Shown here piece by piece: positions 9,544 through 18,641 of a stretch of 26,238 nucleotides of DNA (within the stretch, counting starts at the first letter, position 1; each line of letters begins with the position of its first letter). The DNA lies in IMG/VR virus record IMGVR_UViG_3300033076_001240, positions 1 through 26,238 of that record; one strand, 5' to 3'. Below the pieces are notes generated by a model, which saw only the letters and a list, made by a program, of their open reading frames with translations, did not search any database and was not told where the DNA came from. The stretch comes from a virus (lineage: Duplodnaviria; Caudoviricetes). Made by a program: the position numbers and the translations under genes.

Positions 9544-9843
9544 TTATAAATAATTTTGAATATATGGGCTACTACTACCACCCCCGCCATAACCACCTCC
9601 ACCGTATGAACCTCCATCAGAACCACCCGATGTAGAATTCGAAACAATTTCCGATTTTATAATATATGATTCTACAGCGGTAGAATTACCATTTTTAACG
9701 GTTACAATTTTTGGTGATAGTAATTCACTTTCTAAATACTGAAGAGTATGGGGAGTTGTATTGAACGTGTTGTTTCCATCAATGTATATTGCTGCACCTT
9801 GAGGGTTTGAATTTACAGTAAATGTTATAGTTCTATCTGCCAT
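9544..9843 (-). CDS. PEGA-domain small protein with Gly/Ser-rich tail
   Basis: VNSNPQGAAIYIDG...TTPHTL is the PEGA pattern. In frame with the 1537-aa ORF across a single TAA. Confidence 0.7.
   Translation of the reverse strand: MADRTITFTVNSNPQGAAIYIDGNNTFNTTPHTLQYLESELLSPKIVTVKNGNSTAVESYIIKSEIVSNSTSGGSDGGSYGGGGYGGGGSSSPYIQNYL
9545..9552 (-). promoter_or_regulatory. Candidate late promoter motif overlapping the PEGA gene stop
   Basis: TAT TTA TAA (Y-L-stop) contains TATTTATA, 19 nt upstream of the TTG start. Confidence 0.45.
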
Positions 9844-9858
9844 ATTCTTTTTCTTTTA

Positions 9859-9866
9859 TATAAGTA
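9859..9866 (-). promoter_or_regulatory. Variant late motif TACTTATA
   Basis: ATACTTATAT upstream of ATG 9843. Confidence 0.4.
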
Positions 9867-9869
9867 TTT

Positions 9870-10697
9870 TTATGGGAACAAAATTGGTTTTATTAATCCA
9901 TCTTTTACTAAAGAATCGTAAACATCTTTTATAGTTCCACCCTCTTCTTTGTGTTTAGATGATACCAATCTTATACAATCCCATTTATCTTCATTTTTAA
10001 ATTTATCGTTTCCTTGCCAATGAAAGTATGAGTTTTCGTTTTCTAATACCTCAAAATCTAAGCCATAATACTCTACTATTCGTTGTAAAAGATGTTCACA
10101 TAAATAATGTGATATTAATGATTTATTTGAACTCAATTCTGAATTTTTTTCGATTAACATCACTTCATTTTCTAAAAACCATTTTTTGAGTTTTTTATAT
10201 GACTCTACATAATATTTTAACAAACCATTATTTCCTTTCATCCTAATTAATCCAGTTGAAAAAGAAATTCCAGTTTTCGAATTCCATTCTGGTATTTGAT
10301 TGGATATATTAAAACTATTCAATAATTCCAAACATTCTTTTGAAAACCCACTTTGTTGTTTTTTTACAATCATATCAACCCATACAAATGAGTTAGGATT
10401 TTTAAAAACTAATGGTGAATGTAAAAATACATCACCATCTATTAACAAATAATCATCTGTTCTATTTTCCCAAATATAAAATTTTATATCATCAAACAAT
10501 CGATATTCTATATGATTTGTAGTAAAGGTTTCATCTACATATTCACCTAATTTATCAATCGCATCTGATGTACCATATAAAACGGTTTCATATCCCAAAT
10601 CCTTTGCCATTTGAATTGATACATAAAACATATCATAAACAAATGGTGGATGTAACTTATTTACATATTTTTGTTGTAACGCCCAAATTAATTTCAT
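9870..10697 (-). CDS. GT-A-fold glycosyltransferase-like protein (DUF6734-like)
   Basis: KFYIW...YLLIDGDVFL (DxD motif), FSTGLI, EHLL and a C-terminal YFHWQG..K histidine motif. Confidence 0.6.
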   Translation of the reverse strand: MKLIWALQQKYVNKLHPPFVYDMFYVSIQMAKDLGYETVLYGTSDAIDKLGEYVDETFTTNHIEYRLFDDIKFYIWENRTDDYLLIDGDVFLHSPLVFKNPNSFVWVDMIVKKQQSGFSKECLELLNSFNISNQIPEWNSKTGISFSTGLIRMKGNNGLLKYYVESYKKLKKWFLENEVMLIEKNSELSSNKSLISHYLCEHLLQRIVEYYGLDFEVLENENSYFHWQGNDKFKNEDKWDCIRLVSSKHKEEGGTIKDVYDSLVKDGLIKPILFP

Positions 10698-10704
10698 TGG
10701 TTAT

Positions 10705-12192
10705 TTATTGAAAGTTCATGTAATCAGGTCTATTACCTAAATAATTGATATTACTTGTACTGGCATCACCTGGTCTACCATTATTATATCCACCACCTGC
10801 ATATGGGTCATATGCACCACCCCCACCACTACTTGGTGTTGATGGTTCTGGTTGTTGAATCGATGGAGTTGGTTTTGGTATTTCTCTAATATCACCATTA
10901 ATCATTATTGAGCCATCAACATATGTCAATGATTGATTTTCATACTCATAAATCTTTGTTTGATTTATATTACCATTTTCATCTTTATATTTTACAATTG
11001 AAATATCAGTCCAACCATACCACGTTTTTGTAATTGTACTCAATTTAGATGGAGTAGTTGGTTGTGTTGGTGGTAAATCTTGTATAGGTTTAGAAGATGT
11101 TAAATTTGCACTTTCGTATATACAACTACCATCATCTTCTTGTGCAAGAGGATTATAGTTTTTAGCGTTTTTATCCATACAACCTCTAACAATAGGTTGT
11201 CTATTTTGAAGAGCATCAGTTTGATATGTTGTACCAGAAGTTATTGTTTTCAATATTTCTTTTGTAGCATCTAATGTTATTTGCTCATCATGTGTTAATA
11301 TATTATCTTCTTGTATTGATTGATTTGGTAAATATTTATTAATAACATTTACTAATATAGAATTTAAAATTTCGGTTATTTTAGCAACCGATAATTCAAT
11401 ATCTATTTTTGCAGATGTAGGTTTACCATATGTATTTGATAAAATATTATAATCTTTATTCTCTACATAATATTGTGCACCTTCAATTAATTTTTCTCTA
11501 ACTTGTCTTACAAATAATTCCCAACTTTGAATTTTAAATTCACTTTGTATAAGTTTTACATAAGTTTCACCTTGTGATACTGTACCATTTAAAGTTAAAA
11601 ATGTTCTTAATACATCTTCTACTTTAATAGATTCAACCATAGTTTTTACAAAATAAATGGTATCATCTCTAAAATTTCCACCATTTAAAATAAGGTTTAA
11701 TCTTTGTTGTAAATCTTCATAAACTTGTTCATTTTCATCTTCTAATGGTAAAACTCTAATTTCAGTACGAGATGGTGATATTTCATGTATCCACAATTTA
11801 TCTTTCCCAATATCTTCCGAACCAATTCTTCTATTTAAAAGATTTACTTGTGTTTTGAAAATACCATTTGAATAACCTGCCTCGGTAATAAGTTTTTCAG
11901 TATCGATGATATATTCATCTGCACCATTCATTCTCTTATTTGATGGATTATTTGTAAGTAAAAAATATTTTCTAATGTTTTCAGTATCCAAATGGATATA
12001 TCTAACCATTTGACCAGATTCACCTTGTGGTAACTGATTATCGTTTGAATCAAATAAAATAAATTCAATCATATCAGATATACCAAGTCCAAAATAAGCC
12101 TTTCCAACTTCTCTTTCGAAAATGGTTCTATCTTTGGCATTTACTTTATACCCTTTTTTATCTACTATTTCTTTGAATCCTTTTATTGCCAT
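10705..12192 (-). CDS. Virion structural protein with a GCxD...DDGSC motif and Pro/Gly-rich C-terminus
   Basis: LWIHEISPSRTEIRV block and GCMDKNAKNYNPLAQEDDGSCIY; located within the baseplate cluster. Confidence 0.55.
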   Translation of the reverse strand: MAIKGFKEIVDKKGYKVNAKDRTIFEREVGKAYFGLGISDMIEFILFDSNDNQLPQGESGQMVRYIHLDTENIRKYFLLTNNPSNKRMNGADEYIIDTEKLITEAGYSNGIFKTQVNLLNRRIGSEDIGKDKLWIHEISPSRTEIRVLPLEDENEQVYEDLQQRLNLILNGGNFRDDTIYFVKTMVESIKVEDVLRTFLTLNGTVSQGETYVKLIQSEFKIQSWELFVRQVREKLIEGAQYYVENKDYNILSNTYGKPTSAKIDIELSVAKITEILNSILVNVINKYLPNQSIQEDNILTHDEQITLDATKEILKTITSGTTYQTDALQNRQPIVRGCMDKNAKNYNPLAQEDDGSCIYESANLTSSKPIQDLPPTQPTTPSKLSTITKTWYGWTDISIVKYKDENGNINQTKIYEYENQSLTYVDGSIMINGDIREIPKPTPSIQQPEPSTPSSGGGGAYDPYAGGGYNNGRPGDASTSNINYLGNRPDYMNFQ

Positions 12193-12206
12193 TTTATTTT
12201 AATTTA

Positions 12207-12890
12207 TTATGATGCTATAAAGTTTGCAATTGCATTTGCAAAATCAGTTTGAGCACGAGATAATTCAGTTTGTAATGTGGTTATTGTTGTATTTGCTCTA
12301 TCAATTGCTTCTTTTGATTGTTTTTGTATTTCAACAAATGCTTCTTTTTCTGCAAGCAATCCTTGTAATGCTGCCTCTCTTGAAACCCTTTCAATTGCCT
12401 CTTTAGAACCCTTTGTTAATGCTGCTTGTAAATCAACAGTAACTTGTTTTAAAGATTCACCCATCATATCTCGTTCGTTATCTGCCGATGCCTTTAATAG
12501 TTTTTGTAAATCTACTTCTTTATTTAATTTATCAATATCATTACGAAGGCCTTCATTTTCGGTAGTTAAATCATCAAGTTGTTTTTGTAAATCTTTAATT
12601 TGCTTGAGTGATTTATCATATAATGATTTTAAATCATCATATGTTTCTTTAAGCACAACCGATGGCGTTGATACTTTAGGTGCACCAATCAATTCATCTA
12701 CAACAACATCAACTGCTTTTACTAATTGTTCTTCGTTATAAATGGGACGTTCTACATAACCAAATGTATCACCATCAGTTTTTATTGCAGTATCAACTAC
12801 AATAGTACCATCTTCGGTTATTGTTTGGTTTAGTGCAGCAGAACCACTTTTTAATAATTCTGATAATATGAATTCATTATCTAATGCCAT
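12207..12890 (-). CDS. Coiled-coil protein, probably structural
   Basis: Long heptad-like region (LKSLYDKSLKQIKDLQKQLDDLTTENEGLRNDIDKLNKEV). Confidence 0.6.
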   Translation of the reverse strand: MALDNEFILSELLKSGSAALNQTITEDGTIVVDTAIKTDGDTFGYVERPIYNEEQLVKAVDVVVDELIGAPKVSTPSVVLKETYDDLKSLYDKSLKQIKDLQKQLDDLTTENEGLRNDIDKLNKEVDLQKLLKASADNERDMMGESLKQVTVDLQAALTKGSKEAIERVSREAALQGLLAEKEAFVEIQKQSKEAIDRANTTITTLQTELSRAQTDFANAIANFIAS

Positions 12891-12891
12891 A

Positions 12892-13953
12892 TTACTTTTC
12901 TATTAAGAATGTTAAATCTTTATCTGAAAAATATTCGATTACACCATCTCTATCAGTTTTAATTTCAATATAGTATTCTCTATTAGTTTCCCAGTTTTCT
13001 AAATTTAGTTTAAAGAAATTACCATTTGAATCACAACTTACTTTTGTATAATTACTAAATGGAACAATAATTTCATCGGTAACAACATCCTTAATTTGAT
13101 AATATGTTGATGATGGTAAATATTTTACATCGTTATATGCATATAAGTTAGTGTAAGTTTTTAGAGGATATTTTTCTCTACCAAAAACTCTAATTTCAGG
13201 TACACTTCCTTTTTTGTATTTTGTTTTTAATCTTTTAAATGTAACATTGATATCATCAGATGTAAGCTCCGATAATGAACCTGTTTCAAATATTGAATCA
13301 TCCCAACCTATTCTAATTTTTGGTTGGTATATTGTATTTGTTTCTTTAGAAAAGAATTTCAATTGACCATAATCATTTGTATCGTTTTCTAAATTAGAAT
13401 CATGTTTAATAATAAATCCATTATTTGGTATTGAACCATTTAACCACGCTTCCATTATATTTTTAACATCAACCGACAAATCAGATGATAAATAATCAAA
13501 CGATTGAGTTGATTGTGCAGTTGTGTACCAAGTTCCACCTCTACCATTATATGAACCGGTGGAGTTTGGAGATAATACATCTGCAAGTAACCATTTAGTA
13601 CCTGATGTTTTATTATTCCAAGTTACTCCATCTGTGGTTATTTCATCAAAACGAGTACCAATACCCATTTCCCAACTTTGAGATACAGGATGAACGTATA
13701 ATGTGTAAGAAAGGGGTATTTCCGATGATTCACATTCGCGAAGAATAAGTTCTGCAGATTCTATTCCTAATTCATTATTTGAAAGTGAGGATGAAAGTGA
13801 ATTTAAATCAAATTGAATAAGGGTATGTGCAACATCTTTTAAATTTCCATAGTATGTTTTGGAAACTTCTAAAATTTCATCTAAACCGGTATTTTGTCCC
13901 GGTTGTTGTAAGTAAATAGATGCATCTTTTGATGCCGTTAAAAAATGATACAT
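12892..13953 (-). CDS. DNRLRE/CBM96-like domain structural protein
   Basis: DASIY...N.G...TLIQFDL...VSQSWEMG...VTW...DVKNIMEAWLNGSIPNNGFIIK...FFSKE...PKI pattern. Confidence 0.7.
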   Translation of the reverse strand: MYHFLTASKDASIYLQQPGQNTGLDEILEVSKTYYGNLKDVAHTLIQFDLNSLSSSLSNNELGIESAELILRECESSEIPLSYTLYVHPVSQSWEMGIGTRFDEITTDGVTWNNKTSGTKWLLADVLSPNSTGSYNGRGGTWYTTAQSTQSFDYLSSDLSVDVKNIMEAWLNGSIPNNGFIIKHDSNLENDTNDYGQLKFFSKETNTIYQPKIRIGWDDSIFETGSLSELTSDDINVTFKRLKTKYKKGSVPEIRVFGREKYPLKTYTNLYAYNDVKYLPSSTYYQIKDVVTDEIIVPFSNYTKVSCDSNGNFFKLNLENWETNREYYIEIKTDRDGVIEYFSDKDLTFLIEK

Positions 13954-15965
13954 TATAAAACCCTCCCCTTAATATCTTGATTTGGAAACTTCAATTCAAA
14001 TACTGAAGGGTCTAATGATGGATAAACCATTTTACCTTTAGTTGCCGCTTGAATATTATATGAATGTTTTGAATAGTTACCCAAACATTTATTTACAATT
14101 TCACATTTTGGTACTGATTGTACACCCTCAACTCCTGCAATTAACAATTCAACTTCAGAAATATTAATTGGCATATTAAATGTCCAATTATCAATATTAA
14201 AATATTCTTTTAATTCGGTAATACAACGAGTTAAAACTTCTCGTTTATTATATCCACCGTAAACTCTAATTTCAAAATCAACACCAATATTAATTACAAA
14301 TCCATCTAATAAATTCACACCATCAGTTAATAAACGATATTCGTTCATATATGTTTTTAAATTTTCTTTAACTGCACGATTTAAGAACGATAAATTTTTA
14401 TTTGAATCGTATCCTAACACATATAAATTAATTGCAAATGGATTATTTTTTTCTTGTATATTATTTTTTTTACCAATTAAGAATTTTTGAATTTCATCTT
14501 TTATTTCTTGTTCAGTAGAATTTTTATCTTTTAATTGTTGAACTATACCTGTAAATTCATCTAATACATCTGGGTTTGAAAGAATTGATGATGGTGAATT
14601 ATTATCCAACTCTCCATCTGGTGCACAATATGCTTTAGCAATACCACCATACTTTGCAGGTAATGATAATGCTCTTACTTGATAATCTTTACGAGTTACT
14701 GCTCTATTTTGAGAACCAAAGTTTGCAAGTGAGTTTTCTCTAATTTCTTCTATTGTTTCAGCACCTCTACCACCCGTTGCAGGAGTTTCATTATCAACCG
14801 CAACTGATTGTTTAATTGTACCGTATAATATTTTGTCAGTTAATGTTGTTGCAATTATATCTTCATCAAATTCAATTCTATCAATTTTTGTTAAATCACT
14901 TTTCGATACATTTGAATCAATACCACCACCGACTAAATACGAAACTGTCATAGTTGTGTTTGCAGGTGATTGACCATATGTATTTGTTTTTAAGAAATTT
15001 GCAGGGTCAAATGAAGAACCCAACTTATTAATAGATGAATTCAACCCCAATCCAACGTTTTTAAAATTTGGTATAAGAGTTTCATCTGATTCAGATATAC
15101 CACCACCGAATACAATTGTGGTTGTATTATCTTCGTTTATTTGTTTAACAAATCTACGAGATGTTTTAATTAATTTTAAAACATTAGGTACTGAATCTTT
15201 AAATTGAACTAAATCTTTATCTGTTTGTTCAGTAACTGGATAATCAACATACACCATTTCTTGTGCAAGATATGGAACTTCGTACCACTTATTACCACTA
15301 CTATCCCTTACATCATAAATGTCAATTATATTTGTATCTGATAATTCTATTTTCGAAAATTGTTCTGCACTACCAAAATCTACATTTTGTTGTTTTAATG
15401 TTGCGGAAATTGCGTTTACATATTTTTTTACCAAATACATTGATGGTTCACCAATTGTATTGGTTTTATAAATAGTTATTTCTCGCTCATCTTCTACATT
15501 AAAATCTAACATTTCAGTAGTTCTGAATACAACGTTTGATTTACCCGAAACTAGCATACCCTCTTTAATACGAAGATAATAATCCGAATCTGGTTTTTTA
15601 TTTACACCACTACCTGTTGCAGGAACTAATTGATAAACTGATAATTTAACGATTGCAGGAGAAGTTACTTTTGGTTTATATCCCAAATATTGTGCAAGTG
15701 CAATAACATTTGATTTATCTTCCGCGTATAACATCATTGATTCTTTTAATGAATCATCGGTATAATATGATAAAACATCACCCAAATAAGATGCCATTTC
15801 TATGAATAACATACCTGGTGAAGATTCATTAAAATCAGAATAAGTTTTTGGGAAATATGTTTTTGCATATTCAATTAAATTATCTCTAAATGCAGAGAAA
15901 TCTTTATTGAGATATTTTATATCTCTACCCTTATTACTTTTCTTTGTTATACTATTTAGTGCCAT
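13953..15965 (-). CDS. Baseplate wedge subunit (T4 gp6 / baseplate J-like)
   Basis: DFSAFRDNLIEYAK, DFNESSPGMLFIEMASYLGDVLSYY, LAQYLGYKPK and ATGGRGAETIEEIR...QNRAVTRKDY. Confidence 0.9.
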   Translation of the reverse strand: MALNSITKKSNKGRDIKYLNKDFSAFRDNLIEYAKTYFPKTYSDFNESSPGMLFIEMASYLGDVLSYYTDDSLKESMMLYAEDKSNVIALAQYLGYKPKVTSPAIVKLSVYQLVPATGSGVNKKPDSDYYLRIKEGMLVSGKSNVVFRTTEMLDFNVEDEREITIYKTNTIGEPSMYLVKKYVNAISATLKQQNVDFGSAEQFSKIELSDTNIIDIYDVRDSSGNKWYEVPYLAQEMVYVDYPVTEQTDKDLVQFKDSVPNVLKLIKTSRRFVKQINEDNTTTIVFGGGISESDETLIPNFKNVGLGLNSSINKLGSSFDPANFLKTNTYGQSPANTTMTVSYLVGGGIDSNVSKSDLTKIDRIEFDEDIIATTLTDKILYGTIKQSVAVDNETPATGGRGAETIEEIRENSLANFGSQNRAVTRKDYQVRALSLPAKYGGIAKAYCAPDGELDNNSPSSILSNPDVLDEFTGIVQQLKDKNSTEQEIKDEIQKFLIGKKNNIQEKNNPFAINLYVLGYDSNKNLSFLNRAVKENLKTYMNEYRLLTDGVNLLDGFVINIGVDFEIRVYGGYNKREVLTRCITELKEYFNIDNWTFNMPINISEVELLIAGVEGVQSVPKCEIVNKCLGNYSKHSYNIQAATKGKMVYPSLDPSVFELKFPNQDIKGRVL

Positions 15966-15970
15966 TTATG

Positions 15971-16402
15971 TTATCCTTGTATCGTAAATGTTATTTGTTG
16001 TGTATCAATTTGATTACCAACTGTAAATTGTATTGTCATATGTGCCGTATGATTATCTTTCATCTCATCCGTCATTTGAATATCAATTTCTTCAATGTTT
16101 ATGTATGGTAACCAATAATTTACGTTTTTAGTTATTGTTTCTTGTAATTTTGTTTCAAATTCATCATCCATTTGTTCGAAAAGAAGTTCATGTAATCCAG
16201 TACCAAAATTTGGTTGCATTACTCTTTCTCCCTTTCTTGTAAGTAAAAGATTTTTTAAGTTTGCTTTAGCTTGTTCAAACGAAGAAAACGCCTGATTAAA
16301 ATAACCGGTGTTTCCTTTTTGAACTGGTAAAGTAATACCATATGCAAAATCATTAAATTCTTTGGTATCCTTTACAACTTTTCTATCTAATACATACGCC
16401 AT
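15971..16402 (-). CDS. Baseplate wedge / sheath-initiator protein (T4 gp25, GPW_gp25 family)
   Basis: NLKNLLLTRKGERVMQPNFGTGLHELLFE...WLPYI. Confidence 0.92.
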   Translation of the reverse strand: MAYVLDRKVVKDTKEFNDFAYGITLPVQKGNTGYFNQAFSSFEQAKANLKNLLLTRKGERVMQPNFGTGLHELLFEQMDDEFETKLQETITKNVNYWLPYINIEEIDIQMTDEMKDNHTAHMTIQFTVGNQIDTQQITFTIQG

Positions 16403-16404
16403 AA

Positions 16405-16533
16405 TTATTTACCTCCACATTTACCACACCCACATTTACCTTTTCTTATTCTATTTAAAAAACGGCAAAGTTCGTAACCACCAAAAGTGCATGTTATTAA
16501 AAATACTATAATCACTTCAACTGGCATAAACAT
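16405..16533 (-). CDS. Small membrane protein with Cys-rich tail (42 aa; FeoB-associated Cys-rich-like architecture)
   Basis: Not in the track. MFMPVEVIIVFLITCTFGGYELCRFLNRIRKGKCGCGKCGGK fills the gap between the flanking genes almost exactly; an alternative ATG lies at 16527. Confidence 0.65.
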   Translation of the reverse strand: MFMPVEVIIVFLITCTFGGYELCRFLNRIRKGKCGCGKCGGK

Positions 16534-16534
16534 A

Positions 16535-17152
16535 TTATCGTTTGAACCTCTTAACTAATTCAGAATTATCTCTGTTTAAAATTCTATCTAAACCTGCCAA
16601 TCCGGTTGTTACACCCAACCCATTTCTCTGTGCACCACCTGTCATATCACCATATCCCATTTTAGCTGCCATTTGTTGTCTCATTGCACCCAACCCTACT
16701 TGTGAAGTAACTGGATTATCGAATGTCATCGTACCTTCAATATCCGGTTCTGCATCCATATAATTTGGAATATGTGAATTACCATATCCTTCACTTATTG
16801 GTTGTTGTGTTTGGAAATTATCTAAAATAGAAGAACCACCACCAACCGGTCCTGCAGTTCTTTGTTCAGCAGTAAATGGTTTTGTTTGATTAAGAATCTC
16901 ATTTATAGTTGGATTCTTTGTGAATTGTTTTTGTGGTATTTGTTGTGTTTGCTGAACTTGTCTATCTCTTTGCAAAAGAGATTCTGCAAGAGCAAAGGGG
17001 TCTTGTTCTACTTCCTGAATAGGTGTAGTTTTTCTTTCTTGTAAAACTTTCATCTTTTTTTCAACTTCTTCCTTTACTAATTTTGGAAGTTGTTTTTTGA
17101 TTTCTTGCTCTACAACTAACTTAATAATTTGTGCTAATTTTTTACTATCCAT
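16535..17152 (-). CDS. Hypothetical late protein (Gln-rich, helical N-terminus)
   Basis: MDSKKLAQIIKLVVEQEIKKQL...; KNPTINEILNQT; C-terminal LNRDNSELVKRF; late motif upstream. Confidence 0.6.
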   Translation of the reverse strand: MDSKKLAQIIKLVVEQEIKKQLPKLVKEEVEKKMKVLQERKTTPIQEVEQDPFALAESLLQRDRQVQQTQQIPQKQFTKNPTINEILNQTKPFTAEQRTAGPVGGGSSILDNFQTQQPISEGYGNSHIPNYMDAEPDIEGTMTFDNPVTSQVGLGAMRQQMAAKMGYGDMTGGAQRNGLGVTTGLAGLDRILNRDNSELVKRFKR

Positions 17153-17175
17153 TACAAAATATATTATTTTACTAT

Positions 17176-17183
17176 TATAAATA
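17176..17183 (-). promoter_or_regulatory. Candidate late promoter motif TATTTATA
   Basis: ATATTTATAA upstream of ATG 17152. Confidence 0.55.
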
Positions 17184-17223
17184 TATCTTTTGAAGATTTT
17201 GGATAGTAAATCAAAACGAATAT

Positions 17224-18219
17224 CTACGCCTTACGCTCTTCTTCGGATAATGTATAGAAACCCCAATATTCCCAATGCCATGCTTCATCCATACCACTAC
17301 CATCTGCTAAACGATATGGATTATACCAACCATATTTTGGACCATTTTTGGATAACCAATTATAAGTTTTAGACCTATTTCTTGTATATTTTGCAGCTGC
17401 AGGGTTTGCTCTACCAACTCCCAATTCATTTGCTTTGCTTTGTTGAATTCCACAAATTTCTCCAAAATCCATAGCCAAACCCCAACCATGTGGAGATGAG
17501 CCTGGTTTAGCTGCACTACCTGAACCATATTTTTCGTAACAAGCAATTTGTCCTGCAATATCTCTATATGTTGATGAAACTCTCCATACTATTTTGTCTT
17601 TTATTGCCTGGGCTAACATTTTATCATACTGATTTGCTGCTTCAATGTGTAACATACCGCTTCCATATGATGAATCAATACGTGCTAATTTTTTAGTATC
17701 TAACCGGCCGTTGCTTTCTTCCTTTGAAGAACCCGGTGGACGAGGTGGTGCAGTAATCCCCACATTTGTAGTTATGACAGGCGGATTATCCACATTATCT
17801 TCACCATCTGCAAGAGGAGTATAATTTTTCATATCCGATACACGTTTACGAGAAATTATTACTGGATTTGGTTGTAGTATTAAATCTGCTGCAGAAGTAC
17901 TTAATTCCTGCTCTTCCTCCATCTCTATTCCAATTGGAACTTTACCCAATATACGTTTAGTTTCACCTATTTCAGCAGAAGGGCCGTCATCACCATCTGG
18001 TGCTTCACCATCTATCAGTTCTTCATTCGTATTACTTATAGTCCCATCAAATTGTTCATCCATACTATATCCCGTCCAATTAGCCATACCAGGAATTGGT
18101 ATGGGAGATGGTGCTATCGTAGCGGTTGTAATATATACACCACCAACTGTTTGTAAATGCGATTGAATTTGAGATATCAGTGCATTTAAAAATATTTCAC
18201 TATTATCGTTTGGTTTCAT
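17224..18219 (-). CDS. M15 (VanY-like D,D-carboxypeptidase fold) zinc peptidase, probably a baseplate-associated peptidoglycan hydrolase
   Basis: SSTYR...AAKPGSSPHGWGLAMD...YGW...EAWHWEY supply the SxHxxGxAxD and ExWH zinc motifs. Preceded by an N-terminal domain and an acidic linker. Confidence 0.85.
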   Translation of the reverse strand: MKPNDNSEIFLNALISQIQSHLQTVGGVYITTATIAPSPIPIPGMANWTGYSMDEQFDGTISNTNEELIDGEAPDGDDGPSAEIGETKRILGKVPIGIEMEEEQELSTSAADLILQPNPVIISRKRVSDMKNYTPLADGEDNVDNPPVITTNVGITAPPRPPGSSKEESNGRLDTKKLARIDSSYGSGMLHIEAANQYDKMLAQAIKDKIVWRVSSTYRDIAGQIACYEKYGSGSAAKPGSSPHGWGLAMDFGEICGIQQSKANELGVGRANPAAAKYTRNRSKTYNWLSKNGPKYGWYNPYRLADGSGMDEAWHWEYWGFYTLSEEERKA

Positions 18220-18227
18220 ATAATATT

Positions 18228-18641
18228 CTATTCTAAATTAGTAGAATCGACCACCCCCCATTCGCCTGTATTGGTTATCATATTTGAAACTTGTGTAATA
18301 TGAACCATCACACCTGTTGCAGTAACGGTTGGTAGTGGTGGCGGAAATAAATTCATTCGTGCACCAGCCCAATATGTTTGAAATGCAGGACCTAAATTTG
18401 TAATAATAGCATGTTCTCCACTAGATTGCTGAAATGCAGTATTTAAAATATTAATTAAAACTGATTCCATTGCTTTAGTATTACCTTCAGCAATCGATAT
18501 TTTATTTATTGTATCATGTCCTCTTTTTATTAAAGAATCATATTCTTGTACTAATTTTTTTGCAAAATCTTCCTTTGAACCAATTGATGATTGGTTTGAC
18601 ATATAACCTAACATATTTTGCTTAAAAAGTTCGTAAGACAT
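18228..18641 (-). CDS. Hypothetical baseplate-region protein (137 aa)
   Basis: Overlaps the upstream stop (TAATG); lies between the gp5-like and M15 genes. Confidence 0.6.
   Translation of the reverse strand: MSYELFKQNMLGYMSNQSSIGSKEDFAKKLVQEYDSLIKRGHDTINKISIAEGNTKAMESVLINILNTAFQQSSGEHAIITNLGPAFQTYWAGARMNLFPPPLPTVTATGVMVHITQVSNMITNTGEWGVVDSTNLE

Noticed and set aside
9420-9630. GC-rich CCACC/CCGCC tracts (also near 10790-10830)
   Set aside because: Explained by Gly-rich protein linkers, not DNA repeats or RNA structures.
8838-17558. Nested minus-strand ORFs 8838..9029 and 17307..17558
   Set aside because: Short alternative-frame ORFs inside long genes, with no RBS or motif support.
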